64,000 bases of DNA from Candidatus Latescibacterota bacterium. Lineage in GTDB: Bacteria > Latescibacterota > UBA2968 > GCA-2709665. The stretch spans positions 704,001 through 768,000 of the forward strand of contig OZ244937.1 in NCBI GenBank assembly GCA_965222075.1. Reading direction: 5' to 3'. The position numbers and the translations under genes are program-made. Positions within the stretch are counted from its first letter, which is position 1. Each line of letters begins with the position of its first letter. The notes under the pieces are model-generated. The model was given only the letters and a program-made list of their open reading frames with translations. It did not search any database and was not told the origin of the DNA. Shown here piece after piece: positions 52,577 to 63,618 of the stretch.

Positions 52577-53524
52577 TTAGTAGATGACGGACAAAGTTCT
52601 CTTGTCGAAGATATATAGCTTGGGATTTTTCGCGAGCTTGTCGCGGTTGACTGCGTAGTGGAGATGGGGGGCCGTAGACCGGCCGGAGTTCCCCATTTTG
52701 CCGATCACGCCGCCCCGTTGGACTTTCTGGGTTTTTTTGACGGGTGGCCTTTTGAGAAGGTGGGCATAGAGGGTAGACAGACCGGACCCGTGATCGATGG
52801 ATACATACCATCCCAGGAGTTTGTCTCTACCCACCTTTTTTACCACGCCATCCGCAGTGGCCAGGATATCGGTTCCCTTGTGTCCGGCAATATCAAGACC
52901 CTTGTGGAATTGTCGCCTTCCGGTAAACGGGTCGGTACGCCAGCCGAATCCTGAGGAGTACCAATATTCCGCATCGGGAGGAAGGGGTAAAATAGAAGGC
53001 AGATGGCGCCGTTCTTGCTCATTTTGCGTCATGTAGCTCCTGATACTGTCGAAGCTTGTCTGGAGAAAACGGGCTTCTCGAAGGAGCTGATCCAGGTCGG
53101 TATGGGTCTGGGTGAGTAATGCCGAGGTTTCATATGAAACCCGGTTCTCCCAGAGGGGGACCTCTTCGGAGATCCCGCCAGCACCCATCTTCCGGACATC
53201 TTCACCCGGTTCGGAGAAGCTGACCCAGGCACGCAGCTTGCGGTCGATTTGCGTGAGTCCATCGACCTGGTTGCGGAGGGTCTTCAGTCTTTTCTGCACC
53301 CTCTCAAACTGAACTTTCAGCTCTTCATTTTCCGTTTGAAGAACGGAGAACTCGATTTCTCGGTTGAGTTGAATGTAGTAGCCGATGGCGTGGAAGATCA
53401 GCGCACACAGGGAGATGACGCATACGGTCAAGAGCCCCCAGAAGAAGGGACGGGAGATGTTGAGTTCCCGGATACGGTCCTCATTGTGGGGAATGACCAG
53501 GAGGGTGAGGTATTTCTTGCTCAT
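52577..53524 (-). CDS. M23 family metallopeptidase
   Basis: TM helix and coiled coil, then RTDPFTG..HKGLD and STAPHLHY. Confidence 0.92.
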   Translation of the reverse strand: MSKKYLTLLVIPHNEDRIRELNISRPFFWGLLTVCVISLCALIFHAIGYYIQLNREIEFSVLQTENEELKVQFERVQKRLKTLRNQVDGLTQIDRKLRAWVSFSEPGEDVRKMGAGGISEEVPLWENRVSYETSALLTQTHTDLDQLLREARFLQTSFDSIRSYMTQNEQERRHLPSILPLPPDAEYWYSSGFGWRTDPFTGRRQFHKGLDIAGHKGTDILATADGVVKKVGRDKLLGWYVSIDHGSGLSTLYAHLLKRPPVKKTQKVQRGGVIGKMGNSGRSTAPHLHYAVNRDKLAKNPKLYIFDKRTLSVIY

Positions 53525-53656
53525 CGGCGAGCCCCTCTCATAACTCTACTTAATTGAACTCTTTTTCGTTATTATAGAATTTCATAACAAATTCGTCGCA
53601 ATGTAAGCATTTTGGCGCCTTTTGTCAAGCCAAGAAAAGAAGTTCACCCGGGAGGC

Positions 53657-55015
53657 CTATCCCCTGCCTTTGGGGGTCAGATAGGCTTTGACTTCCGATT
53701 TAAGCGCACCGCGCAGCACAGGATCGTCGATGCAGAATACCCGTACGACCTTGGCCTGGACCTCAAAATTGTCGATGAGGGATTCTTTGAGCATCGAGAC
53801 TTCGGGGTCGTCGAAGGTGAGGGGATCGGCCTTGTCCACGGGGATGTGGGAGCCGAAGTAGACCTTGAGGTCGACTTCGGGGCTTTTGCCGAAGCGAGGG
53901 ATGTCGATGAGGATCTCATCGCCTTTCAAAGCGAGGCCCGTTTTTTGGGAGAAGATTCTGCAAAGGTCGATTTCCAGCTCCCGGCGGTCCTCCGGATTGT
54001 AGTAAAGGCGGGCGAGTTCCTCCATCAGGTCTTGCCCTCGCTCGTGCGGGAAGAAGATCCGGGCGACCTTGTAGAGCTTCCGGCGCTTGAGACGCCCGAC
54101 CATGCTGGTACGTCTGTCAATGCCGAGCCGGTCCATTTCCATTCCCAGGCGGTGGACCAGATCGGCTTCGGTGGATCGGTCGAAGTCGGTTTCGTGAAGG
54201 CTGCATTCGGGGTGGTGGAGCAGGTCCTGCACCCCCCGTTTGAACATGGCATTGGCCGAGCGGACGGCGTGGTGCAAGTAGACATTTCGGTACATCAGGT
54301 AGTTTGTAAAGATGAGCGCCTCTACGGCCGAGACGCCTTTGTAGGTGATGGCGGGCCGCTGGCTTTCCGGGTCGAAAGTGATGGATTTGATCAGGCGGTC
54401 CCGGTTGACGCTCTCCCCGAAGGGGACGCCGCAGTAGCGGGCGTCTCGCAGGAGATAGTCGATCTTGTCCGGGTCGAGGGTGCCGCTGAGGATGTGGGCC
54501 AGCCGCAGGTCCCGGTCGGGAATTTCAACGGCCTTATTGTTGTAGTCGATGACATTGGCGACCCGGATCGGATCGGTTCCGGCGTTGTGGAGGGCTGCGT
54601 GGATTTCGGTGGTGGGGTCCAGGATGATCTGCCGGCCGCGCGTTTCGTGGTCGATGAAGAACATCTGCATTTCTTCGAAGAGGTGCGAAAAGGGGTAGTG
54701 GCCGATATCGTGGAGGAGGCTCGCCACCAGCAGCACCCTGACGTCTTCCAGGTCGATGTGGAGGGGCGGGTCCGCCTGGAGGAGCCGGTGTAAAAACTGA
54801 CCGGTGAGGTGGAAAACCCCCAGGGAGTGCTCAAAACGGGAGTGGCGGGCGCCCGGATAGACCAGAAAGACGTGGCCAAGCTGCGAGATGTCGCGCAAGC
54901 GCTGGAATTCATCCGTATCCAACAGGGGGACCACATCCCAGGGGATGTGGATGTAGCCCCAGATAGGATCCCGGATGGCTTTCCCTGTTTGCAGAAATTG
55001 GAGGTCAATACGCAT
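53657..55015 (-). CDS. HD-domain phosphohydrolase (SAMHD1/YdhJ-like)
   Basis: HSRFEHSLGV, LLHDIGHYPFSH and DPDKIDYLLRD. Confidence 0.9.
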   Translation of the reverse strand: MRIDLQFLQTGKAIRDPIWGYIHIPWDVVPLLDTDEFQRLRDISQLGHVFLVYPGARHSRFEHSLGVFHLTGQFLHRLLQADPPLHIDLEDVRVLLVASLLHDIGHYPFSHLFEEMQMFFIDHETRGRQIILDPTTEIHAALHNAGTDPIRVANVIDYNNKAVEIPDRDLRLAHILSGTLDPDKIDYLLRDARYCGVPFGESVNRDRLIKSITFDPESQRPAITYKGVSAVEALIFTNYLMYRNVYLHHAVRSANAMFKRGVQDLLHHPECSLHETDFDRSTEADLVHRLGMEMDRLGIDRRTSMVGRLKRRKLYKVARIFFPHERGQDLMEELARLYYNPEDRRELEIDLCRIFSQKTGLALKGDEILIDIPRFGKSPEVDLKVYFGSHIPVDKADPLTFDDPEVSMLKESLIDNFEVQAKVVRVFCIDDPVLRGALKSEVKAYLTPKGRG

Positions 55016-55179
55016 AAATGGGAAGAGGAATGGAGGAAGCGACGGGTGTTTTCCGTGATTCTCATGTCGCAGTGTTTCTGAGAGATCCGCATCAGGACGG
55101 TGAAAAGTAAATAAGCCAATTCAAGCCCCAAAGGCAAGGACAAAAGTCAAAACAGCTTCTAAGGCAAAGGATTCATGAA

Positions 55180-55872
55180 ATGAAGCAGGCGACGGACGCC
55201 CGTAGGAGGGTGGTCAGAAAAATGGTCCGCGCACTGGACCGGGTGTTTGGTGGCGCAGCGTGGGACCGCAAGCAAAAACCGCCAGATCCCCTGGACAGTC
55301 TGATGCGGACGATTTTGTCTCAGAATACTACGGATGAGAATCGGGATCGGGCTTACGAGCGTCTGAGGGAGCGGTTTCCGACCTGGGAAGCAGTGATGGA
55401 GGCCAGGCCAGAGGAGGTGAAAGACGCGATTCGGGTTGCCGGGCTGGCCAACCGGAAGGGCCCGAATATGCAGGCGTTTTTGCGGTGGCTGAAGTCGAAG
55501 CGGGGGGAACTCAGGCTGGATTTTATTCGAGATCTGCCAGAAGATAGCGCGATCGACACGCTGACCCGGCATCGGGGCGTCGGGATCAAGACGGCGTATA
55601 TTGTTCTGGCGTTTGCCTGCAACAGGGATCTGTGTGCGGTGGATACGCACGTGCACAGGATCTTAAGGCGCGTGGGGGTTATCGACGAGGGGTGCGGACG
55701 CGAGAAGGCGCACACAGAGCTGGCGCCGCTGATTCCAAAGGGGAAGGCGCGGGAATTTCACGTCAATCTGATCGATTTTGGCAAAACGGTCTGCACCGCC
55801 CGGAACCCGGCGTGTGAGACGTGTCCAATCGCCCGCATGTGCCGGTATTATCAGATGGGGCGGAAGGGGTAG
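55180..55872 (+). CDS. Endonuclease III-family (HhH-GPD) DNA glycosylase
   Basis: ILSQNTTD, GVGIKTA, VDTHVHR and a C-x6-C-x2-C-x5-C cluster motif. Confidence 0.92.
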   Translation: MKQATDARRRVVRKMVRALDRVFGGAAWDRKQKPPDPLDSLMRTILSQNTTDENRDRAYERLRERFPTWEAVMEARPEEVKDAIRVAGLANRKGPNMQAFLRWLKSKRGELRLDFIRDLPEDSAIDTLTRHRGVGIKTAYIVLAFACNRDLCAVDTHVHRILRRVGVIDEGCGREKAHTELAPLIPKGKAREFHVNLIDFGKTVCTARNPACETCPIARMCRYYQMGRKG

Positions 55873-55913
55873 GGGGGATCGTCCGGGTGGGGGGGGTGAC
55901 ACTGTGTTTTTGC

Positions 55914-55942
55914 TTGACACCAATGGGGGAATCGTCTATCTT
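55914..55942 (+). promoter_or_regulatory. Promoter of the tRNA pair
   Basis: TTGACA-17bp-TATCTT. Confidence 0.7.
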
Positions 55943-55987
55943 TAACCATTCGATCTGAAATAAGTGGCTTTGTAGGCTGGACTTGGA

Positions 55988-56061
55988 GCTCCCGTAGCTC
56001 AGGTGGATAGAGCAACTGCCTTCTAAGCAGTAGGTCGCAGGTTCGAGTCCTGCCGGGAGTA
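55988..56061 (+). tRNA. tRNA-Arg(TCT)
   Basis: Cloverleaf with anticodon arm actgc-cttctaa-gcagt and T-loop ggttcgagtcc. Confidence 0.95.
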
Positions 56062-56075
56062 GAGACGGACAGTGT

Positions 56076-56154
56076 GGTGGGTGTAGCTCAGTATGGTTAG
56101 AGCGCCTGGTTGTGGCCCAGGAGGTCGGGGGTTCAAATCCCCTCACTCACCCCA
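56076..56154 (+). tRNA. tRNA-His(GTG)
   Basis: Anticodon arm cctgg-ttgtggc-ccagg, G-1:C73, and encoded CCA. Confidence 0.95.
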
Positions 56155-56186
56155 CAATACGCATCTTTCTACCTGTTCGATTTACG

Positions 56187-56231
56187 GCCTTTGGCTCTTG
56201 GCGATTCGCATGGAGGGCTAAAGGCTTTTTT
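56187..56231 (+). terminator. Terminator after the tRNAs
   Basis: gcctttggctct...agggctaaaggc followed by a T-run. Confidence 0.65.
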
Positions 56232-56319
56232 GGAATAATCCCGTCACGCGTCGAAAGTGGTGTGTCCCGCCTGACGCGTGGATGACTCGCGACGCTCGAC
56301 TATCCGATATGGGCCTGAG

Positions 56320-57672
56320 ATGAACCTGTTCAAGCGTTTTCGAAAGCGTCCCTTCCGCGCCGTGGTGATCGGGCTGGACGGGGTGCCCCACAGTCTGGTG
56401 CAGCGGCTGGTGGACGAAGGGCGGATGCCAAATTTTTCGGCGCTGTTAGACAGGGGGTGCCTGTTGCCGATGCAGTCGGTGCTGCCTACGGTGTCGTCTG
56501 TGGCCTGGGCGTCGATTGTGACGGGGTGCAATCCGGGAAAGCACAATATTTACGGATTTATCGACCGGGTGCCGCAGACGCATGAGATGTTTATCCCCAC
56601 GTCCCGGAATCTGAAGGCCAAAACCTGGGTCGAACTTTTCAGCGGCCTGGGGAAGCGGATCTTCTCCATGGGGGTGCCAACGACGTATCCGCCCAGGGCG
56701 GTGAACGGCGTGCTGATTTCCGGGTTTCTGGCTCCGGATTTACAGCGGGCGACCTATCCGCTTCAGATTGCGAAGGAGCTGGAGGAGATGGGGTATGTCA
56801 TCGATATCGACGCCTGGCAGGCGCGTGAAGACAGGGATAAATTCCTGGATGAGGTCTTTCACGCCTTAGAGCGGCGGTGTGAGGCGATGTTCCATTTTTT
56901 AAGCCAGGGGCCCTGGGATCTGTTTGTGGCGCATGTGATGGATACGGATCGGCTGCACCATTTTCTGTGGGGGTACATAGAGGATGGGAACGAGGCGTAC
57001 ACTTCCTGGTTTCACCGATTTTACGAGCGGGTTGACGAGGCCCTCGGAGAGTTGGTAAGCAGGCTGGATGAAGATGTGCTTTTGATGATTTTGTCGGATC
57101 ACGGATTTTGCAGGCTGAAGCAGGAGGTCCACCTCAATACCTGGTTGAGGCAGGCCGGGTACCTGCAATTTGCTTCTAAGGCGCCCAGGCAGCTTCGGGA
57201 TCTGTCGCCTTCTACGCGGTGTTATTCGCTCCTACCGGGGCGCTTCTACGTCTGTGTTCAGGGGCGGGAGCACAACGGCCGTGTGGCGCCTGGGAGCGAG
57301 TACGAGGCCGTGCGGCGAGATGTTGCAGCGGCGCTGCTGGAGATCCGGGACCCGGAAACGGGAGGCCAGGTGGTCCAAAAGGTGCTGATGCGGGAGGAGG
57401 TCTACAGCGGTTCCGCCTGTGACGCCGCCCCCGATTTTGTGGCGATGCCAGCCGAGGGATACGATCTCAAAGGGGGATTTGAAAAGGATGTCCTGCTGGA
57501 AAGGGGTCCGGTAAACGGCACCCATACGTTTGAAGATGCGATGTTTTATGTGAACCGTCGGTGCGAGGAGAGCAGCGATCTGTCGGTGATCGACGTGATG
57601 CCAACGCTCCTGGAAGAGATGGGGATAGAGGTGCCCGAGGCGTTGGATGGGTGCCCGCTGGTTCTGAGATAG
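56320..57672 (+). CDS. Alkaline phosphatase superfamily / type I phosphodiesterase-nucleotide pyrophosphatase
   Basis: VIGLDG, PTVSSVAWASIVTG.NPGKH, DTDRLHH and LSDHGF. Confidence 0.9.
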   Translation: MNLFKRFRKRPFRAVVIGLDGVPHSLVQRLVDEGRMPNFSALLDRGCLLPMQSVLPTVSSVAWASIVTGCNPGKHNIYGFIDRVPQTHEMFIPTSRNLKAKTWVELFSGLGKRIFSMGVPTTYPPRAVNGVLISGFLAPDLQRATYPLQIAKELEEMGYVIDIDAWQAREDRDKFLDEVFHALERRCEAMFHFLSQGPWDLFVAHVMDTDRLHHFLWGYIEDGNEAYTSWFHRFYERVDEALGELVSRLDEDVLLMILSDHGFCRLKQEVHLNTWLRQAGYLQFASKAPRQLRDLSPSTRCYSLLPGRFYVCVQGREHNGRVAPGSEYEAVRRDVAAALLEIRDPETGGQVVQKVLMREEVYSGSACDAAPDFVAMPAEGYDLKGGFEKDVLLERGPVNGTHTFEDAMFYVNRRCEESSDLSVIDVMPTLLEEMGIEVPEALDGCPLVLR

Positions 57673-57687
57673 GCAGGTGAGGGACCT

Positions 57688-58794
57688 ATTTCTCAGCCCT
57701 GTAAAATCATCCTCGTTGTCAGTGCGCGGCCGAATTTTATGAAGGTCGCCCCTATTTTGAGCCATCTGAAGGCGATGCCGGATCTGTTTCGGCCGCTGCT
57801 GGTACATACCGGACAGCACTACGACGTGCAGATGTCGGATGTGTTCTTTCAGGAACTGGGGCTTCCGGAACCGGATTACCACCTGGGCGTCGGATCTGGT
57901 ACGGAGGCGGAACAGACGGCCGGGGTGATGGTGGCCTTTGAGGAGGTCCTGCTGAAGGCGATGCCGGATCTGGTGGTGGTGGTGGGAGATGTGACCCCCA
58001 CGATGGCCTGCAGCATCAACGCCGCAAAGCTGTGGGTTCCGGTTGCCCACGTGGAGGCGGGGCTGCGCAGCGGAGACAGGCGGATGCCGGAGGAGATCAA
58101 CCGGATTGTGACAGATGCGCTTTCCACCTTTTTCTTTACGCCTTCGCCGGATGGGGATGCAAATCTGCTCCGGGCAGGGGTTGTACCGGAACGGATCTTC
58201 TGTGTGGGGAATGTGATGATCGATTCCCTGCGCCGGCTGGAACCTTTGGCAGACCGGTCGGATGTGGTTGAACGGCTGGGGGTTGAAGAGAAAGGGTATG
58301 CGCTGCTGACAATGCATCGGGTGTCCAATGTGGACCAACAGGACGTGTTAAAGGGGATTCTGAGCGCTGTGGAACAGGTCCAGAGGGAACTGCCCATTGT
58401 GTTCCCTCTTCACCCTCGGACCCGGAAGCGCATTGCTGCGTTCGGGCTGGAGGGGATGGTTGGGGGAATGAAAAACCTGAAGGTGACGGAGCCGGTGGGC
58501 TATTTCGACATCCTCAAGCTCCAGAAGGCGGCCCGGCTGGTGCTGACCGATTCGGGAGGCATACAGGAAGAGACAACGGCCCTGAGGGTACCCTGTCTGA
58601 CGCTTCGAGAAAATACGGAGCGTCCGGTGACCATTGAGGTAGGGACAAACACGCTGGTTGGGGTGGACCCCAAAGCCATTGTGGAGACGACGCAGAGGGT
58701 TCTGAAAGGGGATTATAAGCAGGGGAGGGTCCCAGACCTCTGGGATGGGCACGCGGCAGAGCGGATTGTGGGGGTGCTGTGCGAACAGTTGTGA
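57688..58794 (+). CDS. wecB: UDP-N-acetylglucosamine 2-epimerase (non-hydrolysing), probable ATT start
   Basis: ARPNFMK, HTGQHYD, HVEAGLRS, MPEEINR and TDSGGIQEE. The conserved N-terminal strand lies upstream of the first ATG (57739). Confidence 0.92.
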   Translation: MSQPCKIILVVSARPNFMKVAPILSHLKAMPDLFRPLLVHTGQHYDVQMSDVFFQELGLPEPDYHLGVGSGTEAEQTAGVMVAFEEVLLKAMPDLVVVVGDVTPTMACSINAAKLWVPVAHVEAGLRSGDRRMPEEINRIVTDALSTFFFTPSPDGDANLLRAGVVPERIFCVGNVMIDSLRRLEPLADRSDVVERLGVEEKGYALLTMHRVSNVDQQDVLKGILSAVEQVQRELPIVFPLHPRTRKRIAAFGLEGMVGGMKNLKVTEPVGYFDILKLQKAARLVLTDSGGIQEETTALRVPCLTLRENTERPVTIEVGTNTLVGVDPKAIVETTQRVLKGDYKQGRVPDLWDGHAAERIVGVLCEQL

Positions 58795-58841
58795 AGCACA
58801 CCAGGAGATCGTGCACGATCGACCAACGGAAAAGAGAATTT

Positions 58842-59447
58842 ATGGGGTGTATGCGTATTTTGCCTTCGCTTCTGATTCTGGCGATGGGAGGGGTATGGAT
58901 GCAGGCAGAGGGGTATGGGGACGGGCATGTCCTGGATACGAGTGAGGAGAACATGAAGCGGATCGCCAGGTCGCTGGGGGTGGAGTGTACACATTGTCAC
59001 CTTGCACCGGATGGAAAGATCGACTACGAGGCGCCCTCCCCTCTTAAGGAGACAGCGATTCATATGAAGGTCCATTTTGTGGACAGTCTGAAGACGGTGG
59101 ACGGAGAGGCGCTGAGATGCGTTTCCTGCCACAACGGCGCGGCCCGGTTTCTGCCCCGCAACGTGAAGGACGCCAAGCCCTCCAATCTCTCTGAACACAT
59201 GGACCGGAAAGAGATTATCAGGATGATGAGGCATCAGGCGAAGCAACTGGGGGTGAACTGTGATTTCTGCCATGTCAGGAGCGAGGACGGCAGACTGGCG
59301 CCTGCACAACCGACCAGGCATAAATTGATCGCCAAATACATGATGGATCATTTCGCGGGCAAGCTGGTGACGCTGGACGGAAAGCCCGCGACCTGTCAGA
59401 CCTGTCACCACGGGCAGGCGGAGTTCCTGCCGCGTTCCAGGCATTAG
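58842..59447 (+). CDS. Secreted tetraheme c-type cytochrome (reaction-centre cytochrome c-like repeats)
   Basis: Signal peptide plus CTHCH, CVSCH, CDFCH and CQTCH. Two-fold internal repeat M..I...LGV.CxxCH...CxxCH.G. Confidence 0.85.
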   Translation: MGCMRILPSLLILAMGGVWMQAEGYGDGHVLDTSEENMKRIARSLGVECTHCHLAPDGKIDYEAPSPLKETAIHMKVHFVDSLKTVDGEALRCVSCHNGAARFLPRNVKDAKPSNLSEHMDRKEIIRMMRHQAKQLGVNCDFCHVRSEDGRLAPAQPTRHKLIAKYMMDHFAGKLVTLDGKPATCQTCHHGQAEFLPRSRH

Positions 59448-59476
59448 ACGGAGTAGGAAAGGCGACCGACAAAATG

Positions 59477-59514
59477 AAAGAGGTCGGACAGCGGGTGCTG
59501 TCCGACCTCTTTTT
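59477..59514. terminator. Bidirectional intrinsic terminator
   Basis: aaagaggtcggacagc-gggt-gctgtccgacctcttt, a perfect 16-bp stem. Confidence 0.9.
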
Positions 59515-59531
59515 GGTGTTTGCAAGTGGGG

Positions 59532-62500
59532 TTAAGAACATCCCACCGAGTTGCCGCAGTTCAAACACCGATAGCAAGAGCCGTTCCGGACGGTGATGTG
59601 CCCGCAGGTGTCACAGAAGGGCGCGTCGCCCATCATGTGAGAGAGCTGCTCGTCTAAGACCAGGGTCTGCGACTGAGGATGTGTCTGCTGGTGTTCCTGT
59701 GGATGTTCCTGCTGGTGTCTGGTCGCGGTGGCCCGAACTTTCGTGCCCAGTCCGTTGCCGCTCGCAGCAGGGGCGGCGGCGGTGGGCAGGGAGATCGTCT
59801 GGGGTGAGGATGATTCCCGTTTTGCAGCAGGTTTTGATCCGTTGGCACCAACGGGCGGAGCCGATGCAGACGCGTCCGGAGAGGGTCTGTCTTGCGCAGT
59901 TGACCCCACCTGCTTCTCGGCTTCGTGTGCCGCCTCTTCATTGATGTCCGACGCAATATCTTCGGGTTTGACCTGGAGGAAGTCGGTGCGTCCGAGGTAC
60001 TCGTAGCCGAGCAACCGGAAGACGTAGTCGATTATAGAGGTCCCAAATTTGATGTTGGGGTGGTCTACCGTTCCCCAGGGTTCGAACCGCGTGAAGGTGA
60101 AGGTGTCAACGAATTCCTCCAAGGGCACCCCGTACTGGAGACCCTTGGAGACGGCAATGGCAAAGCAGTTGAGCATGATTCGGAACGGCGCCCCCTCTTT
60201 GTGCATATCGATGAAGATCTCGCCCAGGGTGCCGTCTTCGTATTCCCCGGTGCGCAGGTAGACCTTTTGACCGGCCACGCGGGCCTCCTGGGTGAAGCCC
60301 TGCCGTTTGGACGGCAGACGGCGCTGGACGGCGCGTTGGGCGACAGCGGGCTGTTTTTCGTCGGTTTCGGGCACCGGGGCTTCGGCTTTGCTGACTTCGG
60401 TTTCCGTGTCTTTGTCGTCGGAAGAGGTGCTGAGGGGCTGGGAGAGTTTGGAGCCGTCCCTGTAAATGGCCACCGCTTTGAGGCCCAGCCGCCAGCCTTC
60501 TACGTAGAGGTCTTCGATCTCCCCAGCAGTGGTCTCCTGGGGAACGTTGATGGTTTTGGAGATCGCCCCGCTGATAAATTTCTGCGCCGTGGCCATCATG
60601 GTCAGGTGCGCCATAGGGGCGATGAAGCGTTTGCCGTGCTTTCCGCACTTGTTGGCACAGTCGAAGACCGGGAGGTGCTCCTCCCTGAGGTGGGGGGCGC
60701 CTTCGACGGTCATGCGGCCGCAGACCACATCGTTGGCCTCCTGGATCTGGGCAGGGCTGAAGCCGAGGGCCCTCAGAAGGTTGAAGGCGGGAGCATTGTA
60801 CTGCTCAGGGGTGAACCCGAGCCGCTGCATGGCCTCTTCCCCCAGGGTCCAGGGGGCGAATGCAAAGGGGAGTTCAAAGGCGCCGGGCAGCGCCGTTTCG
60901 ATCTTTTTCAGTTCACCGTCCGTAAAGCCCACCTCACGCAGGGTTTTGGCGTTGATGTGGGGCGCGCCTTCCAGCGAGAGGGTGCCGCAGATGTAGGTGA
61001 GGATATCCCGTATCCGGTCATCGGCATACCCGAGCTGCCGGAGGGCTTTGGGCACCGAGGCATTCACGATTTTGAAGTAGCCGCCCCCGGCGAGTTTTTT
61101 GAATTTGACCAGTGCAAAGTCGGGCTCAACGCCGGTGGTGTCGCACTCCATGAGGAGGCCGATGGTGCCCGTGGGGGCAAGTACGGTGGCCTGGGCGTTC
61201 CGGTAGCCGTGGGTTTCACCCAGTTTTACAGCACGGTCCCAGTTTTCACAGGCGGCGCCAAGGAGGTCTGGCGGGCAGGCCGCCGCATCGATCTCATAGG
61301 CGGCGTCCCGGTGCATATTCATCACCTTGAGCATGGACTTCCGGTTGCGCTCGAAGCCGGGGAACGGGCCTTTATCGGCCGCCATCCGGGCCGAAGTCTC
61401 ATAGGCCTGCCCACACATGATGGCGGTAATGGCCCCGCACACGGCCCTGGCTTCGGGGTTGTCGTAGGGCAGGCCCATGACCATCAGCAGGGTGCCCAGG
61501 TTGGCATAGCCAAGGCCCAGCGGCCGGTAGTCGTGGCTGTTTTGCGCGATCTGTTGGGTGGGATAAGACGCAAAATCGACGAGGATTTCCTGGGCGATGA
61601 AAAAGAGCTTGCAGGCGTAGCGGAAGCCCTCGATGTCGAAGGTGCCGTCCTCTTTGAAGAACTTTATCAGGTTGATCGAGGCAAGGTTGCAGGCGGTGTT
61701 GTCCAGGAACATGTATTCGGAGCAGGGGTTGGACCCGTTGATCCGGTCGGTTTGGGAACAGGTGTGCCATCGGTTGATGGTGGTGTCGTACTGCATCCCG
61801 GGATCGGCGCAGACCCAGGCGGCCTCGGAAATTTGGTGCATGAGGTCCTGGGCCTTAAATGTCTCGTGGATTTCCCCGGTGGTGCGCAGGTGGGTACTCC
61901 ATTCGCCGTTGTTGGCGTAGGCGTCCATGAACGCATCGGAGACGCGTACGGAGTTGTTGGAGTTCTGACCGGAGACGGTTTTATAGGCCTCGCCATTGAA
62001 GTCGGCGGTGTAGCCTGCCGCGATGAGGGCCGCCACTTTCTTCTCTTCACGCGCTTTCCAGTTGATGAAATCGATGATTTCGGGGTGGTCCATGTCCAGG
62101 CAGACCATCTTGGCTGCCCGGCGGGTGATGCCGCCCGATTTGGTGGCCCCGGCGCCTTTGTCGAACACCTCTAAGAAGGACATCAGGCCAGAAGAGGTGC
62201 CGCCCCCGGACAGCTCTTCCATTCTGCCCCGGATTTTAGAGAAGTTGGTGCCGGTTCCGGAGCCATATTTAAAGAGTCTGGCTTCGTTCTTAAGCAGGTC
62301 GAATATATCCATCAGATCGTCACCGACCGATTGAATATAGCAGGCCGAACACTGGGGGTGAGAATAGGAGTCTCTGGTCTCTAAGACCCGGTCTCGCATC
62401 CGGTCCCAGTACCAGTGGCCGCCGTTGCCCTTTTTGATTTTATATTCGTGGTAGAGCCCGCAGTTGAACCAGACCGGAGAGTTGAAGGCGCCCATCTGGT

Positions 62501-62843
62501 GGACGAGATGATAGGCGAGTTCGGCCTCAAAGGTGTCGGCATCCTCCCGGGTATCGAAGTAGCCCCCCTGTCCCTCGCCTGCGGCCCGGATGGTGTGGGC
62601 CAGGCGGTGGACCACCTGCCGCACCGAGGTTTCGTGTCCGGTTTTGGGAACGCCTCGCTTGCGGAAATACTTGGACGCCACGATGTCGGTTGCCAGCTGG
62701 GACCAGGAGACGGGGACTTCCAGGCCTTCCATTCGGAAGACCTCTGAACCGTCCGGGTTGGTAATGACGGTCGTGCGCTTTTCGTAGGTGGTCTGATCGA
62801 GGGGGTTTTGGCCGGGCGATGTATGTCTGCGTTCAAGCTTCAT
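59532..62843 (-). CDS. nrdJ: Class II (B12-dependent) ribonucleotide reductase
   Basis: [29 protein letters not shown] and APTGTIG, followed by a C-terminal TSCPD-like domain and a CxxC..CxxC tail. Confidence 0.96.
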   Translation of the reverse strand: MKLERRHTSPGQNPLDQTTYEKRTTVITNPDGSEVFRMEGLEVPVSWSQLATDIVASKYFRKRGVPKTGHETSVRQVVHRLAHTIRAAGEGQGGYFDTREDADTFEAELAYHLVHQMGAFNSPVWFNCGLYHEYKIKKGNGGHWYWDRMRDRVLETRDSYSHPQCSACYIQSVGDDLMDIFDLLKNEARLFKYGSGTGTNFSKIRGRMEELSGGGTSSGLMSFLEVFDKGAGATKSGGITRRAAKMVCLDMDHPEIIDFINWKAREEKKVAALIAAGYTADFNGEAYKTVSGQNSNNSVRVSDAFMDAYANNGEWSTHLRTTGEIHETFKAQDLMHQISEAAWVCADPGMQYDTTINRWHTCSQTDRINGSNPCSEYMFLDNTACNLASINLIKFFKEDGTFDIEGFRYACKLFFIAQEILVDFASYPTQQIAQNSHDYRPLGLGYANLGTLLMVMGLPYDNPEARAVCGAITAIMCGQAYETSARMAADKGPFPGFERNRKSMLKVMNMHRDAAYEIDAAACPPDLLGAACENWDRAVKLGETHGYRNAQATVLAPTGTIGLLMECDTTGVEPDFALVKFKKLAGGGYFKIVNASVPKALRQLGYADDRIRDILTYICGTLSLEGAPHINAKTLREVGFTDGELKKIETALPGAFELPFAFAPWTLGEEAMQRLGFTPEQYNAPAFNLLRALGFSPAQIQEANDVVCGRMTVEGAPHLREEHLPVFDCANKCGKHGKRFIAPMAHLTMMATAQKFISGAISKTINVPQETTAGEIEDLYVEGWRLGLKAVAIYRDGSKLSQPLSTSSDDKDTETEVSKAEAPVPETDEKQPAVAQRAVQRRLPSKRQGFTQEARVAGQKVYLRTGEYEDGTLGEIFIDMHKEGAPFRIMLNCFAIAVSKGLQYGVPLEEFVDTFTFTRFEPWGTVDHPNIKFGTSIIDYVFRLLGYEYLGRTDFLQVKPEDIASDINEEAAHEAEKQVGSTAQDRPSPDASASAPPVGANGSKPAAKRESSSPQTISLPTAAAPAASGNGLGTKVRATATRHQQEHPQEHQQTHPQSQTLVLDEQLSHMMGDAPFCDTCGHITVRNGSCYRCLNCGNSVGCS

Positions 62844-63095
62844 AAAGGCTCTTCCTCCGGGGTTTGGTAGGATTTTTGAGTAGCAGCTCAACAATGTGAA
62901 ACCTTCAGGGAGACATCCCCGCTCTCAGACGGTCCGGTAAGGGAGACCGGCCGTAGAGGATACTGGCGCTATTGGGTGAGGGATGCCGATATGCTCCAGG
63001 CGTTCGCGGACGATGGGGAAACGCCATGACAAGAGGAGGAGAGGAGAAAGAGAAGTCTCTGAAACAGGGGATTGTTTATGGGATGGGGAGAGATT

Positions 63096-63554
63096 TTAAC
63101 CCGGCGACCCGAGCTGGCGGAGTTCCTTCTCAAAGTCGCTGAGGTCTTTAAACTGCCGGTAGACCGAGGCAAACCGAACGTAGGCCACGTCATCGAGGTT
63201 TTTCAATTCTTTCATGACCAGCTCGCCAATCTGTTCGTTGGCCTCAACTTCCCGTTCGCCCAGGCCGATGAGCTGGGCTTCAATGCGGTCTACGACCTCT
63301 TCGATCTGGGTGGTGGCTATCGGGCGTTTGTTGCAAGCGAGCTGGATTTTGGCAAAGAGCTTGTTTTTATCGAAGGATTCACGCCTGCCGTCGGACTTGA
63401 TAACCGTCAGGGGAGTGTCTTCGATGTATTCGTAAGTGGTAAACCGTCGGCCGCACGTAAGACATTCCCGGCGCCTGCGAATGGCCGTTCCTTCCTTACT
63501 GGATCTGGAGTCAACGACTTTGTCCTCTATCCCTTCACAGTAAGGACACCTCAT
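63096..63554 (-). CDS. nrdR: Transcriptional repressor NrdR
   Basis: [27 protein letters not shown]-cone and [10 protein letters not shown]. Confidence 0.97.
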   Translation of the reverse strand: MRCPYCEGIEDKVVDSRSSKEGTAIRRRRECLTCGRRFTTYEYIEDTPLTVIKSDGRRESFDKNKLFAKIQLACNKRPIATTQIEEVVDRIEAQLIGLGEREVEANEQIGELVMKELKNLDDVAYVRFASVYRQFKDLSDFEKELRQLGSPG

Positions 63555-63618
63555 AGGAATTCTCCGGAAAAACCCTCGGGGAGCCCCAATTTGATAAATA
63601 AAGGGCCCTGGACTAAGG

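Noticed and set aside
55988-56240. tRNA-anchored integrative element
   Set aside because: No integrase, no duplicated tRNA 3' end noticed, and flanking genes have core-like composition.
59670-59725. Short imperfect 12-bp repeats encoding [15 protein letters not shown] in NrdJ
   Set aside because: Low-complexity linker before the C-terminal Zn/redox motif. No intein or functional signature.
62844-63095. Cobalamin riboswitch before nrdJ
   Set aside because: No recognisable B12-box elements on the coding strand by eye. An Rfam scan is needed to exclude it fully.
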